A DNA stretch of 64,000 bases, taken from the NCBI GenBank assembly GCA_963830305.1, contig CAWHLW010000005.1, forward strand, positions 2,473 to 66,472, written 5' to 3'. The DNA is from Candidatus Dormiibacterota bacterium. Lineage in GTDB: Bacteria > Chloroflexota > Dormibacteria > Aeolococcales > Aeolococcaceae. The first letter of the stretch is position 1; every line of letters starts with the position of its first letter. Of the stretch, positions 28,959 through 36,558 are shown one piece after another. A program made the translations under genes and the position numbers. The notes beneath the pieces are model-generated. The model ran no database searches and had not been told where the DNA came from. It worked only from the letters and a program-made list of their open reading frames with translations.

Positions 28959-29573
28959 TCAGGCGGCTGAAGTCTGCGCCGTACCGTCAGCTCCTGGCTC
29001 GGGCGGCATCACGAAGCCAACCTCCAGCGCGCCGGCGAGAGCGCGAAGGCGAGCATAGAAACCTGCGGTATGCGGCGAGCGCGGGAGGCCCAGCCCCGCG
29101 AAATCATGGTGGTGCTCCCATTCGTGGAGCAGCGTGTTGAGAAACACCTTGGTGGTGATCACCTGCTGGCGCACCGCCGTCCGATGGTAGATGCGGATGC
29201 GAGCCGTCTTCACCGCACCTTCGGCAAACGTGCAGCGGTAGTACCCATACGTCTTGCTCTGCAGTCGCTGCCCGTTGTGCGAATGGACCTGCGCGCGATC
29301 GGCCACCACCAGGTCGCAGTGGGGGAGGCCGGCAAGCGCATCCAGCTCATCGATGAGCAGCTGGCCCACTCGTTTGCGCTCGACCGGGTCCTCGGACGAG
29401 TTGATCACGCGCAGCGCCAGCCCCCGCGCGATGGGGCTCGGTTGCACGGGAAGCCCGGTTGCGCTCTGGCTCCGCCGGTAGGTTGCGTCGGGGCGTCGAC
29501 CGAACATCTGCTCCGGGAGTATACGGCCGTCCCTGGATCCGCAGCCCGGACAGTCCTTACCCGGGCCGAACAC
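28959..29573 (-). CDS. putative SprT-like zinc metallopeptidase (HExxH) with N-terminal CxxC
   Basis: 204 aa. YGYYR...IRIY...TLLHEWEHHHD matches the SprT-like layout with an HEWEH zinc motif. CPGCG near the N-terminus. The start codon is uncertain. Confidence 0.55.
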   Translation of the reverse strand: MFGPGKDCPGCGSRDGRILPEQMFGRRPDATYRRSQSATGLPVQPSPIARGLALRVINSSEDPVERKRVGQLLIDELDALAGLPHCDLVVADRAQVHSHNGQRLQSKTYGYYRCTFAEGAVKTARIRIYHRTAVRQQVITTKVFLNTLLHEWEHHHDFAGLGLPRSPHTAGFYARLRALAGALEVGFVMPPEPGADGTAQTSAA

Positions 29574-29597
29574 CTCGCAGCCCCATAGAATCCGCGT

Positions 29598-29685
29598 GCC
29601 GGGCTGGCGAAATGGCAGACGCGGCGGTCTTAAAAACCGCTGGGGGGAAACCCCCGTCCGGGTTCAATTCCCGGGCCCGGTACCA
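29598..29685 (+). tRNA. tRNA-Leu (anticodon UAA), class II with long variable arm
   Basis: Acceptor GCCGGGC/GCCCGGT, anticodon stem GCGGT/ACCGC with loop CT-TAA-AA, variable arm GGGGGG-AAA-CCCCC, T-arm CCGGG-TTCAATT-CCCGG, encoded ACCA. Confidence 0.9.
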
Positions 29686-29771
29686 CTGTTTGAGAGTCAT
29701 CTGACAGCCACGCGGCAGGAGCTCATCTGCCTGAGTAAGCTTCGCGCCCTCAATCGGAAGGAGGACCACGC

Positions 29772-30110
29772 GTGACTGCGGACGCTGAGTCGTCGGAACG
29801 CTGGTACGACACCAGGCTCGAGATGGAGCAGTTCTACTCAGCGCTCTGGACGGCGACGGAGATCTTTCGCAAGGCCAAGCGGCCCACGCGGTTCTCAATC
29901 GACCGTCCGCTCCTTTGGAGGTTCATCGAAAAGAACGGAAGCCTGCACGAGCGCGGGACGTGGCTTCGCATTGAACACCTGCTACCCGGCCAAGACTACG
30001 TAGTCATCAAGCAGCGGCAACCGGACGGCGCCGATAGGCTCTTCAACCTCACCGCCGCCCAGACCCACGAGTTGATCGGCTGGCACGTCGTGTCGACCAG
30101 CGGAGGATGA
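29772..30110 (+). CDS. hypothetical protein
   Basis: 112 aa. GTG preceded by a strong GGAAGGAGG RBS. The composition is protein-like (W/F/Y/K-containing). I recognised no family. Confidence 0.55.
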   Translation: MTADAESSERWYDTRLEMEQFYSALWTATEIFRKAKRPTRFSIDRPLLWRFIEKNGSLHERGTWLRIEHLLPGQDYVVIKQRQPDGADRLFNLTAAQTHELIGWHVVSTSGG

Positions 30111-30381
30111 CTACAGGGACTCAGCCGCTCATGGCTGGACCTGGTCAGTGGCCTCACGTCCTATATGCATGCATGTGAGGCAGCCGATGAGGACTCGCGA
30201 GATATCTTGGGTGGGTTCGCTCCGTTCCGAGACTGCGCGGCCAGAATCGGCGCCGACCCTGCTTGGGTATTCGACATGGCAACCCGACGTGTCGGCGGCA
30301 AGACGGGCGAGTTGGGTCGGAGGTCCTTCGCCCACCAGCCCGTGCCGGTTTCACGTTTCAGCTCCGCTTGACCGTCAGCCG

Positions 30382-30555
30382 CTAGCGCCGACCGGTATCT
30401 GGCCTGCCGAGGTGACGCGAGGCGTACGTCAACTCGCCGCACGTCACGCACTTCGCGGCAGCTCGTTGGGGCAGGTCGCTCGGGTCAACGCCCGGCGAGA
30501 GGCCAAACGTCAGGGGGATCAGCCGGTCTGAGCCACACTTTGGGCAGACCACCAT
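30382..30555 (-). CDS. small zinc-ribbon protein (57 aa)
   Basis: MVVCPKCGSDRLIPLTFGLSPGVDPSDLPQRAAAKCVTCGELTYASRHLGRPDTGRR. Two CxxC pairs. A paralog lies at 31421-31675. Confidence 0.4.
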   Translation of the reverse strand: MVVCPKCGSDRLIPLTFGLSPGVDPSDLPQRAAAKCVTCGELTYASRHLGRPDTGRR

Positions 30556-30628
30556 GGCGCCTGCAATGCTGCCAACCTACGGGTATCCCTGTCTGTCCGC
30601 GAGAAGACTGACCGCCGCTTCGTGGCAG

Positions 30629-30877
30629 TCAGCGCTGCTCGATGGTCGTCGTCCGCGTCGCGCCGGCTGGGTCGACGACTTCACGACGCCGAGCGAATCC
30701 GGGACCACCCCAGGAGCTCCAGAACACCATCGAGAGCACGATCCCGAGAGCGCCGGCAGCCATCAGGATCCAGCCGACCGTGTGGACGTCGATTGCGCCA
30801 TTTGTGGGATTGACGTGAATAGCGAAGACCATGATCGCCCCGACGGCGATCAGAAAGATTCCTACTCCAAGACCCAT
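30629..30877 (-). CDS. DUF6458-like small membrane protein
   Basis: Start MGLGVGIFLIAVGAIMVFAI after GGAGGTG. Two TM helices (…VHTVGWILMAAGALGIVLSMVFW). The upstream part of the 131-aa ORF was discarded. Confidence 0.75.
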   Translation of the reverse strand: MGLGVGIFLIAVGAIMVFAIHVNPTNGAIDVHTVGWILMAAGALGIVLSMVFWSSWGGPGFARRREVVDPAGATRTTTIEQR

Positions 30878-31066
30878 ATGCGCACCTCCTAGTGCTGCCG
30901 ATCGGCGTGTGCCGAACGGTGTGTGCGCGGCTCGTCTCACGAATCGGCGCTGAATCGCAACGACGTCACGGCATCGGGTCATTCCCGGGATGGGCGCGAG
31001 AGCGCCGTTTGACTTACGAGCCAAACCGTGTTGCCGTCCGTACGTTGGCGGACCGACAACATTGGT

Positions 31067-31387
31067 TTACCCAAGCACCAAGACGTCCTGAGCAGTCGTG
31101 GAGATCTGGGTGACTCCACCTTTCACAACTTCAACCGGCGCGGCTGCGTTGGCCGTGTTACCAGTGCCGATGCCGTAGTGCCTGCCCTGACCCCACGCAG
31201 ATACGGCGCCTGTTGGAGTGACGCCATACGATGTTGCTCCGGCGTCCCCGAGCATGCGGTAGGTGACGCCGGCAGGCGCGTAGATCTGCACCAGGATCGC
31301 GCGATTCGCGGTGCCGGCATCGCCGAGCTGCCCGAGGCTATCCGCACCCCAACCTGTCGTTTTGTTTCGGTTCGTTTGCGAACACAC
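31067..31387 (-). pseudogene. RCC1-repeat protein fragment (about two blades only)
   Basis: GWGADSLGQLGDAG and VSAWGQGRHYGIGTG match the RCC1 WGxxxxGQLG repeat signature. 106 aa is far too short for a 7-bladed propeller. Confidence 0.45.
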
Positions 31388-31420
31388 AGGACCGAAAACT
31401 CATGGAATAATTGCAGCGCA

Positions 31421-31675
31421 TTGATCCTTTGCGGCCGTTGCGGGGCCGATCGCTTGATCCCGCTGACATTCACCCCGTCTCGTCGCGACGACCGCCATCG
31501 CGGCGGCTGGCCCGACGCATCGGGACGGCCACTCTTCAAGTGCCTCGAGTGCCGCACCCATCTCGGCCGGGGGGCAATCACCCGGCCGCGATCCCCACAA
31601 AGGCCAACTCCGGGCGCTATGCTCGAGCCTCGCGCTCCGGATCCCGTGGTCCGTGAGGTGGGTCCGTCGGGCTAA
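31421..31675 (+). CDS. zinc-ribbon protein, paralog of 30382-30555 (start uncertain, TTG)
   Basis: (L)ILCGRCGADRLIPLTFTPS...KCLECRTHLG shares C-x2-CG-x-DRLIPLTF and KC-x2-C with the other copy. The only in-frame start I found near the domain is TTG at 31421. Confidence 0.35.
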   Translation: MILCGRCGADRLIPLTFTPSRRDDRHRGGWPDASGRPLFKCLECRTHLGRGAITRPRSPQRPTPGAMLEPRAPDPVVREVGPSG

Positions 31676-31747
31676 TGGACCCCGCGGTGCTTGATCCACA
31701 TCGCACCGCCGCGTCACACCCTGGGCCGCTGCCTCGCAACTTTGTGC

Positions 31748-31873
31748 ATGATTCACCCGGTCATGGACACGAAGACCAAGTTGGTCATCGCCGGATTGCT
31801 CCTGCTGGTGCTCGCCTTCCTGGTCATCGGCGGCATCATGGCAATCGCGAGCCCGCCCGACGCGTGCTGCTGA
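31748..31873 (+). CDS. possible small single-TM peptide ending in CC
   Basis: MIHPVMDTKTKLVIAGLLLLVLAFLVIGGIMAIASPPDACC. Alternative ATG at 31763. No homology recognised. Confidence 0.3.
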   Translation: MIHPVMDTKTKLVIAGLLLLVLAFLVIGGIMAIASPPDACC

Positions 31874-31913
31874 CCGTCGTGCCCATCCATCCACCCGTGG
31901 GAGGAGAGGATTC

Positions 31914-32267
31914 GTGTTCCTAGGTTTGAGAACCGTCATCTACCCGGCACCCGACCTCGCCAGCGCCAAGGCCTGGTACACGACGCTGCTCGGCCAGGAG
32001 CCGTACTTCGACCAGCCCTTCTACGTCGGCTTCAGCGTTGGTGGCTACGAGCTCGGCCTCGACCCAAACGCCGACATCGCAGTCGGCCCCGTTGCGTACT
32101 GGGGAGTCACCAACGCCGATGAAGCGTTCGCGCAACTCCTCGCCAAGGGCGCCACCGAGCACAGCAAGGTCCAGGACGTGGGCGACGGCATCCGCGTCGC
32201 AGCCGTTCGCGACCAGGAGGGCAACGTCGTCGGGATCATCGAGAACCCACACTTCAAGCTCCCCTGA
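31914..32267 (+). CDS. VOC family protein (glyoxalase/bleomycin-resistance fold)
   Basis: 117 aa. GTG start. VIYPAPDLASAKAWYTTLLG ... GIRVAAVRDQEGNVVGIIENP is typical of VOC proteins. Confidence 0.85.
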   Translation: MFLGLRTVIYPAPDLASAKAWYTTLLGQEPYFDQPFYVGFSVGGYELGLDPNADIAVGPVAYWGVTNADEAFAQLLAKGATEHSKVQDVGDGIRVAAVRDQEGNVVGIIENPHFKLP

Positions 32268-33040
32268 ACGATCCGGCGTCGCTGACCGCCCTGCTCGCGA
32301 GGGAAGGATTCATCGCGGCAGCCGAAGAAGCGCAGGAGCTCATCGCCTTCGCGGAGGGCGACTCTGATGTTCTCGACGGTGCGCTCCACCGCCGCCTCAC
32401 GGGCGAACCGCTCGCCTGGATCACGGGCACGACTTCCTTCTGCAGCATCACAGTGCATATCGACGCCGACGTGTACGTCCCTCGATGGCTTAGCGAGCCG
32501 CTGGCACGCCGGGCGATCGAGCGTCTCCCAGGCGCGGGAACGGCCATCGACGTCTGCACCGGCTCAGGAGCGATTGCCGCGGTGCTTCGCGCGCATCGCC
32601 CAGATGCCCGCGTCGTGGCATCCGACGTGGACGCGAAAGCCGTCGCATGCGCCATCACCAACGGTATCGACGCCTACCTCGGCGACCTCTTCACGCCGCT
32701 TCCCGACGATCTCCTCGGCTCCGTCGACGTGGTCGTCGGCGTCGTCCCCTATGTCCCAACGGCGGAACTACCTCTCCTGCAGCGAGACACCTTCACCTTC
32801 GAGAGACCGCTTTCCTACGACGGCGGCCCCGATGGCACCACCATCCTCCGTCGCGTCATACGCGACGCTCCGCGCTTCCTCAGGCCAGGCGGAGCCCTGC
32901 TGGTCGAGCTAGGCGGTGACCAGGCACAGCTCCTGACGGATGACTTGAACGAGCTCGGCTATGTCGACGCGACAGTCCTCACCGACGAGGACGGCGACGC
33001 CCGCGGCATCGAGGCAACGCTGGATCACCGGTCGGACTGA
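32264..33040 (+). CDS. HemK/PrmC-like putative protein N5-glutamine methyltransferase; no canonical start codon found
   Basis: Conserved N-terminal region LLAREGFIAAAEEAQELI...RRLTGEPLAWITGTTSFCSITVHIDADVYVPRW, SAM motif IDVCTGSGAIA, and GVVPYVP (NPPY-like). The frame is open from 32123, but the first ATG/GTG/TTG is 32453, inside the domain. CTG at 32264 overlaps the VOC stop. Confidence 0.7.
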   Translation: MNDPASLTALLAREGFIAAAEEAQELIAFAEGDSDVLDGALHRRLTGEPLAWITGTTSFCSITVHIDADVYVPRWLSEPLARRAIERLPGAGTAIDVCTGSGAIAAVLRAHRPDARVVASDVDAKAVACAITNGIDAYLGDLFTPLPDDLLGSVDVVVGVVPYVPTAELPLLQRDTFTFERPLSYDGGPDGTTILRRVIRDAPRFLRPGGALLVELGGDQAQLLTDDLNELGYVDATVLTDEDGDARGIEATLDHRSD

Positions 33041-33047
33041 CGGGGGA

Positions 33048-33174
33048 GGGATGGGGAGGACGTGTGCTGCGGCGGGCCGCGGTCGGGACGCCTTCGCCGT
33101 CCCGCCGCTTACTCTCGCCCCGGGGGTAGCCGGGGCTGCGAGATACCCGCCTCCACACACGTCCTCCCCATCCC
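33048..33174. repeat. 19-bp perfect inverted repeat enclosing two GC hairpins (structured intergenic element)
   Basis: Arm GGGATGGGGAGGACGTGTG (33048-33066) pairs with CACACGTCCTCCCCATCCC (33156-33174). Inside are CGGGACG-ccttcgc-CGTCCCG and CCCCGG-gggtag-CCGGGG. Confidence 0.6.
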
Positions 33175-33225
33175 GCGCACTGCGACGGCTCACTCGACCC
33201 CCGTGCCGCTACCATCGCGAGGTCC

Positions 33226-34392
33226 ATGCGCACGTCCCCGCTTGCCGTCGCCAATCTCGCCGTGGTCATTGCAATTGCCGGCACCACGCTTGCCTCGGTC
33301 GGGGCAGGCCGTCACGGCGAGTTCACGGCTCAGACGAAGACCCTTGAGCAGCGCTGGACGGCGATGAGCAGCGAGGGTGTCGCTCTGGGTGCCCTCGCTC
33401 CGCTGAAGGCCGAGCTGCGATCCTCATCGTACGAGGCACCGTGGTGGTCTCCCGGCTGGTGGAACGATCCGGGGACGTCATTTGTCCAGAGCCTCGAAAG
33501 TGGCACACAGGCGGTGTGGGACGAAGCGATCAGTGCGGCGCGAACTCACGCGACCTCAGCGCTCGTGGGATGGGACGTGATGGTCGAGCACAACGCGGCA
33601 GTGCTCGCGGCTCCTACCGTGGCGACGTCGTCAACCTGGGTGGCGCGGATCGCGTCTGCCACCACGCCGGCGGCCATAGACACGCTGTCGACGGAGCTCG
33701 TCTCTCAGACCGCCGCAGAGAACCACGCAGCCCTGTTGAGCGCGACCGCGGACGTCGCCGCGCTCCCCGGTCGTCTTCGTCAGCTCATGCTCGACGCGGA
33801 CCAGGCCGGCACGGAGGCAGTCCCAGGAGCCACGTCGTATCTGGCGTTGTACCGACGGCTGGCGACCGCCGTTGCGGCCAAGCCGAAAACGACGGTGCTG
33901 GCGGCGTTGAGCACGCAGGTCACGGCCCTTCAGGCCACGGTGAGCTCGGCGTTGAGGCAACACGCCTGCGGCCATGCCGTGCCCTCTGGCAAAGCGATCG
34001 TCATCAACCTCACGCTCCAGGAAGTCGTCTTCTACCAGAACGGGTGCGCGATCCAGGCGACCGCCGTGACCAGCGGCCGTCGCAACGAGCGCACACCGAC
34101 GGGCACCTTTCACGTGTTCCACAAGGAGTCGCCCGTGCTGTTCACCTCATGGGCGCCACGTGGATCGCCGTACTGGTATCCACCGGAGCGAGCCAATTAC
34201 GCGCTCGAGTTCACCGTCGTGCGAGCCGGCATCTTCCTGCACGACGCGCCCTGGGAGCCGGGTGGCGCCTACGGCCCGGGCAGCCAGAACACCGGCAACG
34301 CGAGCCACGGCTGCGTCCACGCGCCCACGTCGGTCATGCGGTGGGCGTATTCGTGGGCGCCGCTCGGCACCCCGGTGATCGTCGTCGCCTGA
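33226..34392 (+). CDS. L,D-transpeptidase (YkuD domain) with long N-terminal helical region
   Basis: 388 aa. N-terminal TM/signal segment. C-terminal YkuD domain with GIFLHDAPW and catalytic SHGCVHAP. Confidence 0.85.
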   Translation: MRTSPLAVANLAVVIAIAGTTLASVGAGRHGEFTAQTKTLEQRWTAMSSEGVALGALAPLKAELRSSSYEAPWWSPGWWNDPGTSFVQSLESGTQAVWDEAISAARTHATSALVGWDVMVEHNAAVLAAPTVATSSTWVARIASATTPAAIDTLSTELVSQTAAENHAALLSATADVAALPGRLRQLMLDADQAGTEAVPGATSYLALYRRLATAVAAKPKTTVLAALSTQVTALQATVSSALRQHACGHAVPSGKAIVINLTLQEVVFYQNGCAIQATAVTSGRRNERTPTGTFHVFHKESPVLFTSWAPRGSPYWYPPERANYALEFTVVRAGIFLHDAPWEPGGAYGPGSQNTGNASHGCVHAPTSVMRWAYSWAPLGTPVIVVA

Positions 34393-34394
34393 GG

Positions 34395-35685
34395 CTACCC
34401 GACCGGTTGCGCCGACAGACTGGTGACCGCTTCCTCGATCACGCCGATCGCCCGGTCGAGCTCTTCCTCACCGATCACCATTGGTGGCTGAATGCGCACC
34501 ACGTTGCCCAGTGATCCGCCGACCCCGATCAACACGCCTCGCTCACGACAGTGCCGCTTCACCGCCGCGGCCTCCGCGGTGGCCGGCTCCTTGGTGGCAC
34601 GATCGCGCACCAGTTCGACGCCGATCATGAGCCCGCTGCCGCGGACGTCGCCGACCAGGTCCAACTCCACGGCAAAGGCGTCGAGTTCGAGTACGCACCG
34701 TCGCTCCAACGCGGGCGGCGCGTTCGGGCAGCCGCTCCGCAACGATCATGTCGATGGTCGCCACGCCCGCGGCGCACGAGACCGGGTTGCCGCCGAAGGT
34801 GCTCATGTGATCGCCGGGTTCGAATGCATCGGCGATCTCCTCGCGAGCGATAAACGCGCCGAGCGGAAAGCCGCTGGCGATCCCCTTGGCGAGGGTCATG
34901 ATGTCGGGCTCGACGTCATAGGCTTCCACGGCGAACATCCTGCCGCTGCGCCCGAACCCGCTCTGCACCTCGTCGACGATGAGCAGGATCCCGCGCGCAT
35001 CGAGGATCTCCTTGACCCGTTTGAGATAGCCGTCGGGCAGCGGGATGATGCCTCCCTCGCCCATGATCGGTTCGACGATAAAGGCGGCGACGTCATCACT
35101 CGTGTCGTAACGAATCACGTCATCGACCGCATCGGCGCAGGCGAGGGAGCACGAGCCCGAGCACATCCGGCAGCGATATTGATTTGGCGTGGGAGCGAAG
35201 GCGATCCCGGCGATCTGCGCACCACCGCGTCGCTTGCGCAGCGCGTTGCCGGTGACGGCGAGCGCGCCGGCAGTCCGGCCGTGAAAGGAGCTCTGGAGGG
35301 CGATGATCTCGCGGCGTCCTGTGAAGACGCGGGCGAGGCGCAGGGCGCCTTCCACAGCCTCGGCACCGCTGTTGCCGAAGAAGGACTTCTGGAGACGCCC
35401 CGGGGTCACCTGCGCGAGGCGCTCGGCGAGATCCGCGACGACGGGGACGTGATAGACATACGAGCAGGAGTGCACGACCTTGTCGATCTGCCGCTTGGCG
35501 GCTTCCGCCACCTTGGGGGGCACGTGCCCGGCGTTGACGACGCCGATCCCGGCGTACAGGTCGGTGTACTCGGTGCCGTCAGTGTCTTTGACGGTCGCGC
35601 CGCGAGCGCTCTCGACCGTGATCGGTTCGATCCCCGCGAACGCGCTGGTAGTCACATAACGGCGGTACTTCTCGACCGTGTCCAT
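34395..35685 (-). pseudogene. class III (PLP) aminotransferase (GABA/omega-amine type), frameshifted as assembled
   Basis: The N-terminal ~330 residues are in ORF 34543-35685 (GNSGAEAVEGALRLAR, VDEVQSGFGRSGRMFA, TLAKGIASG). The C-terminus LDAFAVELDLVGDVRGSGLMIGVELV...VVRIQPPMVI is in ORF 34395-34742, the +1 frame. The junction is at GAGTTC, 34683-34688 (sense strand ACTCGAACTCGAC). Confidence 0.85.
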
Positions 35686-35700
35686 GGCTGCGCGCTCCTT

Positions 35701-36477
35701 TCAGAAGGTGGGTGGGGTGTTGACCCAGAACAGCCGGGTCGTGTCGCTGGACTGGTTGATCCATCGGTGCTGCTGGGGACTGTGGAAATACAGGGTGTCG
35801 CCTGCCTCGATGTGGTAGTGCTCGGTCTCATCGAGCCAGATATCGAGCTCGCCGCTGAGCACGTAGACCGCCTCCTCGCCGTCGTGGGAGTACGCGCCAC
35901 CGCTGCCGCCCCCGGGCGCGACGTTGAAGATGTCGATCTCGAGTACAGCGTTGGGGAAGGTCACGAGGTCCTCGATCTCGACGCGGTCGAAACCGCTCAG
36001 CCTGCGCCGTTCTCCCATGCGCACCAGCTTCGGCCCTTCCGTTCCCGCGGGCGCTGCGCCAAAGAATTCGAGCAGGGTGCCGCCATACGCCGAGGCGACT
36101 CGCTGGAGCAGCGACACCGACGGTTCCGCCAGGCCTCGTTCGACCAGGCTCAGGTACGACGCCGAGATGCCTGCGCGCGCCGCCGCGCCGCGCAAGGACA
36201 GGCTGCGCCTGGTCCGGGCAGCACGCAGACGTTTGCCGACAACGTGGTCTTCGGGAAGCAACTCACCGGCGATCAGCGACTGCAGCGCCGGGGGAGCGAA
36301 GCCGCGGGTGAGCAGTGCGCGCACGTCGCGCAATCGGGAGATGTCCTCGGCCGTGTAGCGGCGATGGCGGCCACCGGCACGCAGCGGGCGCACCAGCCCC
36401 TTGCGCTCCCACGCCCGCAGCGTGGACGGGCTCACCCCGACTCGCCGGGCGACCTCGCCGATGCGGATGTCGTCCAC
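35701..36477 (-). CDS. three-domain transcriptional regulator: MerR HTH + XRE HTH + cupin (PuuR-like C-terminal two-thirds)
   Basis: GTG start giving VDDIRIGEVARRVGVSPSTLRAWERKGLVRP...YTAEDISRL (MerR). Then VGKRLRAARTRRSLSLRGAAARAGISASYLSLVERG (XRE). Then the cupin YSHDGEEAVYVLSGELDIWL...GDTLYFHS. The rest of the 588-aa ORF is antisense to the next gene. An alternative GTG lies at 36495. Confidence 0.8.
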   Translation of the reverse strand: MDDIRIGEVARRVGVSPSTLRAWERKGLVRPLRAGGRHRRYTAEDISRLRDVRALLTRGFAPPALQSLIAGELLPEDHVVGKRLRAARTRRSLSLRGAAARAGISASYLSLVERGLAEPSVSLLQRVASAYGGTLLEFFGAAPAGTEGPKLVRMGERRRLSGFDRVEIEDLVTFPNAVLEIDIFNVAPGGGSGGAYSHDGEEAVYVLSGELDIWLDETEHYHIEAGDTLYFHSPQQHRWINQSSDTTRLFWVNTPPTF

Positions 36478-36558
36478 ACGCAGACTCCTCGACACGACCC
36501 GAGCCGGGCAGCGGGTACGCTGTCCGACCCGGTCGAACTTGTCACTGTTGAGTAGATT

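Noticed and set aside
30111-30381. Several overlapping 60-130-codon ORFs on both strands
   Set aside because: None has an RBS, a recognisable motif or convincing composition. The region is treated as degraded or non-coding within the tRNA-Leu patch.
32264-33040. The HemK-like methyltransferase as the enzyme responsible for a GANTC/GAGTC DNA modification
   Set aside because: The motifs and N-terminal domain match the protein N5-glutamine methyltransferase family, not a DNA adenine methyltransferase. No DNA methyltransferase or restriction gene is visible in this window.
33041-33225. Possible c-di-AMP (ydaO-type) riboswitch upstream of the L,D-transpeptidase
   Set aside because: The genomic context would fit, since it is a cell-wall gene. 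However, I could not recognise the conserved ydaO core sequence elements in this region. It is kept only as an unclassified structured element.
34492-36555. 687-aa ORF on the plus strand
   Set aside because: It is antisense to the aminotransferase and the MerR-XRE-cupin regulator. It has no family signature.
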